From: Thioalkalivibrio sp.
GTDB lineage: Bacteria > Pseudomonadota > Gammaproteobacteria > Ectothiorhodospirales > Ectothiorhodospiraceae
DNA length: 52,848 bases
Direction: 5' to 3'
NCBI GenBank assembly: GCA_041685565.1
Contig: JAWLFM010000003.1
Location: 1 to 52,848, forward strand
The notes beneath the pieces were generated by a model that worked only from the letters and a program-made list of their open reading frames with translations, was not told the DNA's origin and did no database searches. This document shows, one piece after another, positions 9,891 to 19,412 of this stretch. Within the stretch, counting starts at the first letter, position 1. Every line of letters begins with the position of its first letter. A program made the translations under genes and the position numbers.

Positions 9891-10487
9891 TCAGGAACGC
9901 AGGGTAGCGCGCAGGGCGAGGCGCACCAGGCCCTCGGTGGTATCGGCCTGCCCGCGCACGGCCGCCAGCATGCGCTCGGCATCCGCTGCCCGGTAGCCAA
10001 GGGCCTCCAGGGCGGCCAGCGCTTCCCGTTCGACGCCTTTTCCGGGCGCGCCCGCCTCGGCGCCGGCAGCTGCACCAAAACCCAGTTCGGTCAGGCGCTC
10101 GCCCAGCTCCAGCACCACGCGTTCCGCCGTGCGCTTGCCGATGCCCGGGACGCGCGTCAGGGCGGCGACATCGCCGCCGGTGATGTGGCGCGCAAGCTCG
10201 TCGGCCGCCATGGTCGACAGCATCGCCAATGCCAATCGGGCGCCAATCCCGTTGACCCGAATCAGGCGCCGGAAAAGATCGCGGTCACGCGAACGAAGAA
10301 ACCCGAACAGGACGTGCGCGTCCTCCCGCACCACCAGATGGGTGAAGAGCACGACCGGCGCATCAGCCTCGGGAAGACTGGCCAGGGTCGACAGCGGCAC
10401 CTCGATCTCGTAACCGACCCCGCCCACGTCGAGCAGCACGCTCTGCAGATCGCGCGCGCGCAGGATGCCTTCCAGCCGCGCGATCAT
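9891..10487 (-). CDS. ruvA: Holliday junction binding protein RuvA
   Basis: MIARLEG, GVGYE, VRED, HhH motifs GIGARLAL and [11 protein letters not shown]; ATGA overlap with ruvC. Confidence 0.96.
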   Translation of the reverse strand: MIARLEGILRARDLQSVLLDVGGVGYEIEVPLSTLASLPEADAPVVLFTHLVVREDAHVLFGFLRSRDRDLFRRLIRVNGIGARLALAMLSTMAADELARHITGGDVAALTRVPGIGKRTAERVVLELGERLTELGFGAAAGAEAGAPGKGVEREALAALEALGYRAADAERMLAAVRGQADTTEGLVRLALRATLRS

Positions 10488-10996
10488 GACCGCGCCGCCA
10501 GGGCCGCGAGATGGCGACTCGCATAGCCCCGGGTATGGTGGGTGTGGGCATGGCACACGGCGACCGCCAGGGCGTCCGCCGCATCCGCGGTCAGCGGTTC
10601 CGAGATCTGCAGGATTTGTCGCATCATGTGCTGCACCTGGACCTTTTCCGCCCGCCCGCTACCCACCACCGCAAGCTTCACCGCGCGCGGTGCATACTCG
10701 AAGACGGGCAACCCGGCCTGGGTCGCGGCGCAGATCGCGGCACCGCGAGCCTGGCCCAGCTTCAGCGCCGACTGCGCGTTCCTGGCAAGAAACACCGACT
10801 CGATCGCCAGCGCCGCAGGCCCCAGATCGGCGATCACACGCACCACACCAGCGAAGATCTCGCCGAGGCGCTCGGGCAATTCCCCGTCCCCGGGGCGGAT
10901 CACTCCGAAGCCACAGGCCTGCAGGCGGCCGCCCTGCGCATCCACCACGGCGAAGCCGGTCACCCGTGAGCCCGGGTCGATGCCGAGGATGCGCAT
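10484..10996 (-). CDS. ruvC: Crossover junction endodeoxyribonuclease RuvC
   Basis: [28 protein letters not shown] catalytic motifs. Confidence 0.97.
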   Translation of the reverse strand: MRILGIDPGSRVTGFAVVDAQGGRLQACGFGVIRPGDGELPERLGEIFAGVVRVIADLGPAALAIESVFLARNAQSALKLGQARGAAICAATQAGLPVFEYAPRAVKLAVVGSGRAEKVQVQHMMRQILQISEPLTADAADALAVAVCHAHTHHTRGYASRHLAALAARS

Positions 10997-11001
10997 CGGC
11001 G

Positions 11002-11742
11002 TCAGCCGCCGGTCACGGATTCGGGAAAATCGGCGTTGGTGAAGACGTTCTGCACGTCATCGAGATCATCCAGCATGTCCAGCAACTTCAGCACGGACTG
11101 TGCGGTCTCGTCGTCCAGTGGCGCCACGGTACCCGCGCGCATGGTCACCTCCGCGGTCTCGGGTTCCAGGCCGCGCTCGCGCAGGGCGGCGCTCACGGTA
11201 TCCAGGGTCTCGGGGTTTGCGAGCACCTCGATGGAGCCGTCTTCATCCACCAGCACATCCTCGGCGCCGCCCTCCAGCGCCGCCTCCATGACCGCCTCCT
11301 CGTCGGTCCCGGAGGGGAGGTTGATCACACCCTTCTTGTCGAACAGATAGGCCACCGAGCCGTCGGTGCCGAGGTTCCCGCCCATCTTGGTGAAGGCATG
11401 ACGGATCTCGGCAACCGTGCGATTGCGGTTATCGGTCATGCAGTCCACCAGGATCGCGGCACCGCCCGGGCCGTAACCCTCGTAGCGGATCTCCTCGTAA
11501 TTCACACCCTCCAGTTCCCCGGCGCCACGCTTCACGGCCCGATCGATGGTGTCACGGGTCATGTTCGCCGCCAGGGCCTTGTCGGTCGCCAGGCGCAGAC
11601 GCGGGTTGGAACTGGCATCGGAACCGCCGGCACGCGCCGCCACGGTGATCTCGCGGATCAGCTTGGTGAAGAGCTTGCCCCGCTTGGCATCCTGGGCGTT
11701 CTTGCGGTGCTGGATATTTGCCCACTTGCTATGACCGGCCAT
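11002..11742 (-). CDS. yebC: YebC/PmpR family protein
   Basis: [35 protein letters not shown]. Confidence 0.96.
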   Translation of the reverse strand: MAGHSKWANIQHRKNAQDAKRGKLFTKLIREITVAARAGGSDASSNPRLRLATDKALAANMTRDTIDRAVKRGAGELEGVNYEEIRYEGYGPGGAAILVDCMTDNRNRTVAEIRHAFTKMGGNLGTDGSVAYLFDKKGVINLPSGTDEEAVMEAALEGGAEDVLVDEDGSIEVLANPETLDTVSAALRERGLEPETAEVTMRAGTVAPLDDETAQSVLKLLDMLDDLDDVQNVFTNADFPESVTGG

Positions 11743-11869
11743 CGTATGTCCCGTATTTCGTTGTAAATGCTGTAGAAAGCGCCCGACTCCCGATGCGGGC
11801 AAGTTTACCCGGGGGTCGCAGGCCATTGCCACGCCACCGCACTGGACCCCGGCGGGGCACCCAAGCCCG

Positions 11870-12487
11870 TCAGAATTCCCCGCTTTGCAGAAACCGAATC
11901 ACGGCATCCGCAACCCGCCGCGAGAACACCAGACGGAAATGCCCGTACGGCACCTGCAGATGGCGGGTCACGTCGGGCGCCTGGGTCTCCTGTACCGCGA
12001 CCGTACCGTCATGCGGTCGCGGCAGCAGGCCAGGCAGCAGGGAACCCAGGCCAAGACCCCGGTTGCCCGCGATCATCCCGATGCCGCGGCCCTGCAGCAA
12101 GGGGCTGCCACCCAGCAGCCCGCGGTCCATCGCCGCACCCAGCCAACGGCGCCCGATCCCGGAACCTGCCATCCGCGCCGCGGCCCTGCTTCCGGCCAGA
12201 GGGCTGCCCAACATCACGATCCGCCCCGGACGCTGCACTGGCGCAATCGCAAAGAGATGCCGCACGACAGCGCCCCCGAGGCTGTGCGCCACCAGATGGA
12301 CCACGTCGCCCGGCACCTCCTCCAGGACCGCCGCCAGCCGACGCGCCGCCTGTTCCGGGGTCTCTCGACGCGAGGCATACCGAAAGGCATGGACTTCGTA
12401 ACCCGCTTGGCGAAGGCGTCGCCTCAGGGGCAGCATCTCCAATCCGGTCATGTGCCATCCGTGGACCGTGACGACGGTGGCGCGCAT
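11870..12487 (-). CDS. Alpha/beta hydrolase (lipase/esterase-like)
   Basis: VHGW oxyanion region, AHSLGG nucleophile elbow, HDGTV, terminal His in YGHF. Confidence 0.8.
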   Translation of the reverse strand: MRATVVTVHGWHMTGLEMLPLRRRLRQAGYEVHAFRYASRRETPEQAARRLAAVLEEVPGDVVHLVAHSLGGAVVRHLFAIAPVQRPGRIVMLGSPLAGSRAAARMAGSGIGRRWLGAAMDRGLLGGSPLLQGRGIGMIAGNRGLGLGSLLPGLLPRPHDGTVAVQETQAPDVTRHLQVPYGHFRLVFSRRVADAVIRFLQSGEF

Positions 12488-12501
12488 GGGGCGGGAGTCG
12501 C

Positions 12502-14280
12502 TTAGGTGGCTGCGGGCTGTGCTCGGAGCCGGATCCCCAAGTCACGCAACTGGGCGTCGCTGACGGCTGCCGGGGCATCGGTCAACGGGCAGGAAGCAGT
12601 CTGGGTCTTCGGGAAGGCCATCACGTCGCGAATGCTGCCGGCGCCCGCCATCAGCATCACCAGTCGATCCAGGCCGAAGGCGATACCACCGTGCGGCGGC
12701 GCGCCCAGGGTCAGGGCCTCGAGCAGGAAGCCGAACTTCTCCGCAGCCTCCGCCTCGCCGATGCCGAGCAGTTCGAAGGCGGCGCGCTGCATCTCCGGAT
12801 GGTGGATACGGATGGAGCCGCCACCGACCTCGGTGCCGTTCAGGACCATGTCGTAGGCCCGCGACAACGCGGAACGCGGATCGGCACGCAGGGCCTCGGG
12901 ATTCCCCACGGCGGGGGCAGTGAACGGGTGATGCAGCGCGAAGAAGCGAGCCTCCTTCGGATCCCATTCGAACATCGGGAAATCGACCACCCAGAGCGGC
13001 TGCCACCCCTCGGCGACCAGCCCGCGGTCCTGCCCCAGGCGCACCCGCAGCGCGCCCAGGCTTTCATTGACAACGGTGGCCTTGTCGGCGCCGAAGAAGA
13101 TCAGATCGCCATCAGCGGCTTCGGTCCGCTGCAGGATGGCCCGGACCACGGCCTCGGGCAGAAACTTCAGGATCGGCGACTGCAGTCCGCCGGAACCGTC
13201 GGCAATGCGGTTCACCTTGACGTAGGCCAGCCCGCGGGCGCCATAACGGCCCACGAAGCCGGTGTAGTCGTCGATCTCCTTGCGCGACAGCGTGCCGCCG
13301 CCGGGCAGGCGCAACGCGGCGACGCGCCCCTCGGGATCGTTCGCCGGGCCACTGAAGACCTTGAAGTCGACCTCACGCATCACGTCGGTCAAGTCCACGA
13401 ATTCCAGCGGGATACGCAGGTCGGGCTTGTCCGAGCCAAAGCGCGCCATGGCCTCCGCGTAGCTCATCCGCGGGAACGGATCGGGTAGATCGACACCGAG
13501 CACCTCCTTGAACATGCTGCGGATCAGCCGCTCGTTCAGCGTCATCATGGCCTCTTCCTCGACAAAGGCCATCTCGATGTCCAGCTGGGTGAATTCCGGC
13601 TGGCGGTCGGCGCGCAGATCCTCGTCGCGAAAGCAGCGGGTGATCTGATAGTAGCGGTCCATGCCTGCGATCATCAGCAGCTGTTTGAACAGCTGGGGCG
13701 ACTGGGGCAGCGCGAAGAAGCTGCCTGGATGCGTGCGGCTGGGAACCAGGTAATCGCGCGCCCCCTCGGGTGTCGCCCTGGTCAGCATCGGGGTCTCGAT
13801 ATCGAGGAAACCGGCATCATCGAGAAAGCGCCGCAGACTGCGGGTGACGGCCGCACGCAGGCGCATCCGCTCCTGCATCACCGGGCGGCGCAGATCGACG
13901 TAACGGTAGCGGAGGCGGGTCTCCTCGCCGACGTCGTCGTCGTCCAGGGGGAACGGCGGCGTCCGGGCGGCGTTGAGGACCTCCAGCTCAGTCCCGAGGA
14001 TCTCCACCGCCCCGGTTCTGAGTTCCGGGTTGATGGTGCCTTCGGGGCGCCGGCGTACCCGGCCGGTCACGCGCAGCACATACTCACTGCGAACCTGTTC
14101 CGCGCGGGCGAACATCTCGGCCCGATCCGGATCGAAGACCACCTGAACCAGCCCCTCGTGATCCCGCAGATCCACGAAGATCACGCCACCGTGGTCGCGG
14201 CGACGGTTGACCCAACCACACAGGGTCACCTCCGAGTCGAGTTCCGCCTCGGTGACCAGTCCACAGAAATGAGTCCGCAT
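12502..14280 (-). CDS. aspS: Aspartate-tRNA ligase (likely non-discriminating Asp/Asn)
   Basis: [54 protein letters not shown]. Confidence 0.97.
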   Translation of the reverse strand: MRTHFCGLVTEAELDSEVTLCGWVNRRRDHGGVIFVDLRDHEGLVQVVFDPDRAEMFARAEQVRSEYVLRVTGRVRRRPEGTINPELRTGAVEILGTELEVLNAARTPPFPLDDDDVGEETRLRYRYVDLRRPVMQERMRLRAAVTRSLRRFLDDAGFLDIETPMLTRATPEGARDYLVPSRTHPGSFFALPQSPQLFKQLLMIAGMDRYYQITRCFRDEDLRADRQPEFTQLDIEMAFVEEEAMMTLNERLIRSMFKEVLGVDLPDPFPRMSYAEAMARFGSDKPDLRIPLEFVDLTDVMREVDFKVFSGPANDPEGRVAALRLPGGGTLSRKEIDDYTGFVGRYGARGLAYVKVNRIADGSGGLQSPILKFLPEAVVRAILQRTEAADGDLIFFGADKATVVNESLGALRVRLGQDRGLVAEGWQPLWVVDFPMFEWDPKEARFFALHHPFTAPAVGNPEALRADPRSALSRAYDMVLNGTEVGGGSIRIHHPEMQRAAFELLGIGEAEAAEKFGFLLEALTLGAPPHGGIAFGLDRLVMLMAGAGSIRDVMAFPKTQTASCPLTDAPAAVSDAQLRDLGIRLRAQPAAT

Positions 14281-14374
14281 TGCGCCAGTTCCCAGCCAGA
14301 TGAGGCGTGATCCGCCATGTTGTTCAGGTCGCGCCGCCGCGCCCTGGCCCGACGGTCGCAAAGGGCATGGGATG

Positions 14375-15028
14375 TTACGTTTTGGGCACCCTGGGTGCAA
14401 GCTCGGCCTGCCCCCTCACGGGCGCAGGCCACTCCGGTGCAACCACCCCCAGTGACATCACGAACTTCAGGCCGTCCTCGACCGACATGTCCAGTTCGAT
14501 CGCATCCCCCCGTGGCACCATGATGACGAAGCCAGAGGTGGGATTGGGCGTGGTCGGAATGAACACGGTGATCACGTCTCGATCCGTGCGCTGCTGCACC
14601 TCGCCCACGCCGACACCCGTCTGGAAACCCAGGGTCCAGAGCCCCTCGCGGGGGTACTGCACCATCAGGACCCGGCGAAACGACTGCCCGCCGTTGTTGA
14701 ACAGCGACTGCATCACCTGCTTGACCGCACTGTAGATCGACCGGACCAGGGGAATCCGGTCCACCATGGCCTCACCGAGATCGACCAGCTTGCGACCGGC
14801 GATGTTCGCCGCAACGATGCCGGTGAGGAACACGATCACGATCGCCACCAACACCCCCGTTCCCGGCACACTGAATCCCAGGATCGCCTCGGGTCGCCAG
14901 CTGGGAGGCAACAGCAGGATGGTGAAGTCGAGCATGTCCACCAGGAACTTGATGATCAGGCCGGTGACGATCAGCGGAACCCAGACCAGCAACCCCGCGA
15001 TCAGGTAGCGGCGGAAGTGAACCAGCAT
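14375..15028 (-). CDS. DUF502 membrane protein
   Basis: [31 protein letters not shown]; conserved position upstream of aspS. Confidence 0.9.
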   Translation of the reverse strand: MLVHFRRYLIAGLLVWVPLIVTGLIIKFLVDMLDFTILLLPPSWRPEAILGFSVPGTGVLVAIVIVFLTGIVAANIAGRKLVDLGEAMVDRIPLVRSIYSAVKQVMQSLFNNGGQSFRRVLMVQYPREGLWTLGFQTGVGVGEVQQRTDRDVITVFIPTTPNPTSGFVIMVPRGDAIELDMSVEDGLKFVMSLGVVAPEWPAPVRGQAELAPRVPKT

Positions 15029-15352
15029 CTAACCCGCCTTGGCCGCCGGCGTGCATCCACCCCCGGCACAGGCAGGGGAAGGGGAAGAGGAAGGCGCAGG
15101 AGCAGAGGCCGCGCCGCCACCCGAGGGCTTCGCTTCCGGCTTCGACGTCTCCTTCAGATTCCGCTGCTTGTCCTTCTTGAAGTCGGTCTCGTACCAGCCA
15201 CCGCCAGCCAGCCGAAAGCCTGCCGCGGACACGAGCTTGGTCAGCCCGCTGGCGCCACAGGATGGACACTCGGTGAGCGCGGGATCCGAGACCTTCTGGA
15301 TGATCTCGGTCATTTCGCCGCAGTCACGGCACTCGTATTCGTAGATCGGCAT
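15029..15352 (-). CDS. FmdB family zinc-ribbon protein
   Basis: MPIYEYECRDCG...CPSCG and GWYETDF; low-complexity tail. Confidence 0.9.
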   Translation of the reverse strand: MPIYEYECRDCGEMTEIIQKVSDPALTECPSCGASGLTKLVSAAGFRLAGGGWYETDFKKDKQRNLKETSKPEAKPSGGGAASAPAPSSSPSPACAGGGCTPAAKAG

Positions 15353-15487
15353 GTTTGCAACTCCGGATTCTCTGCAGGATGGGCGTATTATGCGTCCGAA
15401 CTTTGCGAATTAAAGCATCACCCTGCGACAATCGCGCCAAGGCACGCCGAGCCCTGAGCCGCGTGGAGACAAACCCGAGGGAAATCA

Positions 15488-15865
15488 ATGGCCGACAAGA
15501 TCGTGATCATGTTGCTGACCCTGGATCTCGACCGCTACGGCACGCTCGGAGCGCCATTCTTCCAGGCCACCGTGGCGGCGGTGATGGATCTCGAGGTGGA
15601 GATGTACTTCGCAGGCCAGAGCACGCGGCTGCTCATCGAGGGATTCGCGGAGACCATCCATCCCGGCACGGCGCGCGAGAAGTCGGTCTACAGCTTCATG
15701 CAGGATGCCCACGAGGCCGGTGTCAAGTTCTACGCCTGCACCGGCGCGATGAAGGAGAACGGCCTGACCTTGGAGAACGCGATCCCCGAAATGGATGGCA
15801 TGCGTGGCGGCGCGGCCTTCATCGGTGAGGTGATCGAGGACAACGTCGTGACCCTGACCTACTGA
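15488..15865 (+). CDS. DsrE/DsrF-like sulfur relay family protein
   Basis: 125 aa, PFFQA...EVEMYF, GVKFYAC with single conserved Cys, GGAAF; GAGG RBS. Confidence 0.8.
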   Translation: MADKIVIMLLTLDLDRYGTLGAPFFQATVAAVMDLEVEMYFAGQSTRLLIEGFAETIHPGTAREKSVYSFMQDAHEAGVKFYACTGAMKENGLTLENAIPEMDGMRGGAAFIGEVIEDNVVTLTY

Positions 15866-15866
15866 C

Positions 15867-16718
15867 ATGGACAAGACCGCCCGAGCGGTCCTGATCACCG
15901 GTTGCTCCTCCGGCATCGGCGAGCATGTCGCACTGGCGCTGAAGGAACGGGGGTACCGGGTCTTCGCAACCGCGCGCCGGGGCGAATGCGTCGCCCGGCT
16001 GAAGGGCCAGGGACTCGAGGCCCTGCGCCTGGATCTGGACGACTCCGCGAGCATCCAGAGCGCCGCCCGCGAGGTGCTGGCACGCACCGGAGGCCACCTC
16101 TATGCCGTGTTCAACAATGGCGCCTACGGCCAACCGGGCGCGGTGGAGGACCTGTCCCGACAGGCGCTGCGCGCCCAGCTGGAGACCAACGTCCTCGGCT
16201 GGCTGGAACTGACCAATGCCCTGATTCCGGCGATGCGCAGGCAGGGCGAGGGGCGCATCATCCAGAACAGCTCGGTGCTCGGCCTGGTCGGACTGCGCCT
16301 GCGCGGCGCCTACGTCTGCTCGAAGTTCGCCCTGGAGGGCCTCAGCGACGTGCTGCGCCAGGAATTGCACGGCAGCGGCATCCACGTCGTCCTGATCGAG
16401 CCCGGACCGATCCGCAGCCGCTTCCGGGCCAATGCCTTCCTGGCCTACCGGCGCTTCATCCGGCCCCGCCAGAGTCCCTGGCGCCGGACCTACGAACGCT
16501 CCGAGCAGCGCCTGAGCGACCCGGGGCGCGAGGCGCCGTTCACGCTGGGCCCGGAGGCGGTACTGAAGGCCGTGGTGCGGGCACTGGAGGCACGCCGGCC
16601 GAGGGCGCGGTATCGCGTCACCTTCCCCACCCATCTCTTTGTCACGCTGAAATGGCTGCTGCCCACCCGTGCCCTGGACTTCGTCCTGCGCGCCGTATCC
16701 CGCGCCGAGAACCGCTGA
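15867..16718 (+). CDS. Short-chain dehydrogenase/reductase (YbbO-like)
   Basis: TGCSSGIG, NNGA, catalytic S...YVCSK, IEPGPI. Confidence 0.92.
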   Translation: MDKTARAVLITGCSSGIGEHVALALKERGYRVFATARRGECVARLKGQGLEALRLDLDDSASIQSAAREVLARTGGHLYAVFNNGAYGQPGAVEDLSRQALRAQLETNVLGWLELTNALIPAMRRQGEGRIIQNSSVLGLVGLRLRGAYVCSKFALEGLSDVLRQELHGSGIHVVLIEPGPIRSRFRANAFLAYRRFIRPRQSPWRRTYERSEQRLSDPGREAPFTLGPEAVLKAVVRALEARRPRARYRVTFPTHLFVTLKWLLPTRALDFVLRAVSRAENR

Positions 16719-16734
16719 GAGTCGCTGCCATTCC

Positions 16735-18066
16735 ATGAACCTGATCTTCTTCGTGCTGATCGCCGCCGCCTTCCTCAGCGCCGCCTGGCGGGAACTCACC
16801 GAGGTCGGGACCGACAGCCAGCCGATGCAGGAGCTCTCCCAGGCCGCGATCACGTCGGCGGGCAGCGCCGTCGAACTCGCGATCGGGCTGGTCGGGGTCA
16901 TGGCCCTGTTCCTCGGGCTGATGAAGATCGCCGAGGCGGGGGGGCTGCTGACGGTGCTGGCGAGGCTGCTGCGGCCCATGATGACGCGCCTCTTCCCCAG
17001 CGTCCCCCCGGAACACCCGGCGATGGGGGCGATGATCCTGAACTTCTCGGCCAACATCCTGGGTCTGGGCAATGCCGCCACCCCCTTCGGCATCCGGGCG
17101 ATGCAGGAACTGAACAAGCTGAACCCGCACCCCGGCACGGCGACCAACGCAATGGCGCTTTTTCTCGCGATCAACACCTCCAGCATCACCCTGCTGCCCA
17201 CCGGCGTGATCGCCCTGCGCGCGAGCCTGGGCGCGGCGGAACCGGCGGCCATCCTGCCGACCACCCTGTTCGCCACCCTGTTCGCCACGATCACGGGCAT
17301 TACCAGCGCATTGGTGCTGCAGCGCTTCTTCCCGCCACCTGCGGCCATGCCGAGGGAGGATCCACAGGCTGCCGACGGCGCAGATCCGGCGGAGCCTGAC
17401 GCCCCCGGCACCAGCGCACAGGATTCCGGCGGACCCCAGCCAATGAACATCGATGTCCCGGCCGAAGGCTATCCCGGCTGGGTCAGCGCGCTGGCGCTGG
17501 CGGGCGTGCTCGCGATCATCCCGCTGACCATCCTGTACGGGCAGGTCATTGCCCCGTGGATCATTCCCGGGCTGATCCTGGGCTTCCTCCTGTTTGGCGT
17601 GGCCCGCGGGGTGCGCATCTACGAGGTCTTCGTCGAGGGCGCGAAGGAGGGCTTCCAGGTCGCGCTGCGCATCATCCCCTACCTGGTCGCGATCCTGGTC
17701 GCCGTGGGCATGCTGCGTGCAAGCGGCGCGCTCGGCGTCTTCGTGGGGTTGTTGGCGCCCTGGACCACACCGCTCGGACTACCGCCGGAGGCCCTGCCCA
17801 TGGCCCTGCTCAGGCCCCTGTCCGGATCCGGCGCCTACGGCATCATGGCCGGCATCATGCAGGATCCGGCCACCGGTCCGGACACCTATGTCGGCCTGCT
17901 GGTGTCCACCCTGCAGGGCTCCACGGAGACCACCTTCTACGTGCTTGCGGTCTACTTCGGTGCAATCCAGGTGCGCCGGGTACGGCACACGCTGGCCGCG
18001 GCGCTATCGGCCGACGTGGTCGCGGTGATCGCGGCCGTGTTCATCGTGAGCTGGCTCTTTCTGTGA
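16735..18066 (+). CDS. Fused SpmA/SpmB (nucleoside recognition Gate domain) membrane protein
   Basis: SpmA-like NILGLGNAATPFG and SpmB-like LRPLSGSGA, GSTETTFYVLAVYFG joined by a Pro/Asp linker. Confidence 0.88.
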   Translation: MNLIFFVLIAAAFLSAAWRELTEVGTDSQPMQELSQAAITSAGSAVELAIGLVGVMALFLGLMKIAEAGGLLTVLARLLRPMMTRLFPSVPPEHPAMGAMILNFSANILGLGNAATPFGIRAMQELNKLNPHPGTATNAMALFLAINTSSITLLPTGVIALRASLGAAEPAAILPTTLFATLFATITGITSALVLQRFFPPPAAMPREDPQAADGADPAEPDAPGTSAQDSGGPQPMNIDVPAEGYPGWVSALALAGVLAIIPLTILYGQVIAPWIIPGLILGFLLFGVARGVRIYEVFVEGAKEGFQVALRIIPYLVAILVAVGMLRASGALGVFVGLLAPWTTPLGLPPEALPMALLRPLSGSGAYGIMAGIMQDPATGPDTYVGLLVSTLQGSTETTFYVLAVYFGAIQVRRVRHTLAAALSADVVAVIAAVFIVSWLFL

Positions 18067-18210
18067 GACCCGATCTCGCGCTGCGTCGCGAAGACCGTGA
18101 GCGCCTGGTCGCAGCAGGCGTGCACATGGCATGGACAGGCGCGGCCTGGAATGGGCCCGACACGTCGACCTCATGAGCGCAAGCGAATTATACCGCCTGG
18201 CTGCAAGCCG

Positions 18211-19032
18211 TCATCGGGCGAGGTGCCGGTCGAGGAAATCGTGCAACCCCTGACGGTACGCCGCACCGGTGCGCAGGAAGCCGTCGTTATGGCCACCGCG
18301 CATCTCCAGCAGGCGGGTGTTCTCGCCGGCCGCCGCCTCGAGTTCACGAGCATGACGGAAGGGCACGATTTCATCGTCCCGACTGTGGGCGATCAACATG
18401 GGGGCGTCGATGTCCCGCAATGCGCCGCGCACGTCGTATTCGTAGCGGATCAGCCAGCGCACCGGCAGCCAGGGATAGACCTCGGCAGCGAGGTCTGCGG
18501 CGCTGGTGAAGGCGGATTCGAGAATCACCGCGCCCGGGCGCTCGTGCGCGGCCAGTTCCGCAGCCACCGCGGCGCCCAGCGAGCGGCCGAACACGACAAT
18601 CTCCCCGGCCGGGATACCGCGGTCCTCGCGCAGATGTCTCCAGGCCGCGTTCGCATCGCGCCGGATCCCGGCCTCGCCCGGGCGGCCCTCGCTCCGCCCG
18701 TAACCGCGATAGCTCAGGATGAGCACGGACAGCCCGAGATCATGAAAGATGCGCAGCGAGTCAATGCGGTGGGAGAGGTTGCCGCCGTTGCCGTGGAAGA
18801 ACAGCACGGTGGCGCGCGCCTCCGGCACGGGGACGAACCAGGCATGCAGGCGCACACCGTCCTCGGCGACCAGAGCCACGTCCTCGTAAGGCAGGCCATG
18901 GTCGCCGGGGTTCGTGAGCAGGGTGGAGGTCGGGAAATAGACCATGCGGTCCTGGGTCAGGTACGCGAAGGCGACCAGCAGGGCGTAAGCGCCCGCGATG
19001 ATCGCGGCCAGGCTCAGCAGGGACCGCCACAT
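18211..19032 (-). CDS. Membrane-anchored alpha/beta hydrolase (ABHD13/BEM46-like)
   Basis: N-terminal TM, FHGNGGN, YRGYGRSEG, GRSLG, DEIVP, GGHND. Confidence 0.9.
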   Translation of the reverse strand: MWRSLLSLAAIIAGAYALLVAFAYLTQDRMVYFPTSTLLTNPGDHGLPYEDVALVAEDGVRLHAWFVPVPEARATVLFFHGNGGNLSHRIDSLRIFHDLGLSVLILSYRGYGRSEGRPGEAGIRRDANAAWRHLREDRGIPAGEIVVFGRSLGAAVAAELAAHERPGAVILESAFTSAADLAAEVYPWLPVRWLIRYEYDVRGALRDIDAPMLIAHSRDDEIVPFRHARELEAAAGENTRLLEMRGGHNDGFLRTGAAYRQGLHDFLDRHLAR

Positions 19033-19133
19033 GCGTCAGGTCTCCTCCGGCAGGACCGACAGGCACCGGGGCCGCTGCCCGAATGCCGATGTTTGTCGCC
19101 TGGAACAGGGCGGCCGCCACCCGGCGGCCCGGG

Positions 19134-19352
19134 TCACTGCCTGCGGTAGGGCTTGAAGTCGAAGCTGCCGGCCGTCATGTCGTCCCAGACGTCGCTCTGC
19201 AGCACGGCAAGCAGCTTGAACAGGCGGCGCAGATCCGCATCCTCCATGAACCGCTGGTCGCTGCTTGCCTTCAGCGCTTCCACGAGCATCGCGCACTGAT
19301 CGCGCGAGATCCCCGTGATCTCAAGCCCCTCGTCTCCCATCTCCACCTGCAT
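19134..19352 (-). CDS. Small hypothetical protein (72 aa)
   Basis: GGAGG RBS 7 nt before ATG; protein-like composition; fills the gap after the RND gene. Confidence 0.65.
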   Translation of the reverse strand: MQVEMGDEGLEITGISRDQCAMLVEALKASSDQRFMEDADLRRLFKLLAVLQSDVWDDMTAGSFDFKPYRRQ

Positions 19353-19412
19353 ACTCACCTCCGGCTTGGGTTCGCCCCCGGCGCCGGAATGCGCCGGGGC
19401 GGTCTCTCCTGA

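Noticed and set aside
16735-18066. 'Spore maturation' gene as evidence of sporulation
   Set aside because: SpmA/SpmB homologs are widespread in non-sporulating bacteria.
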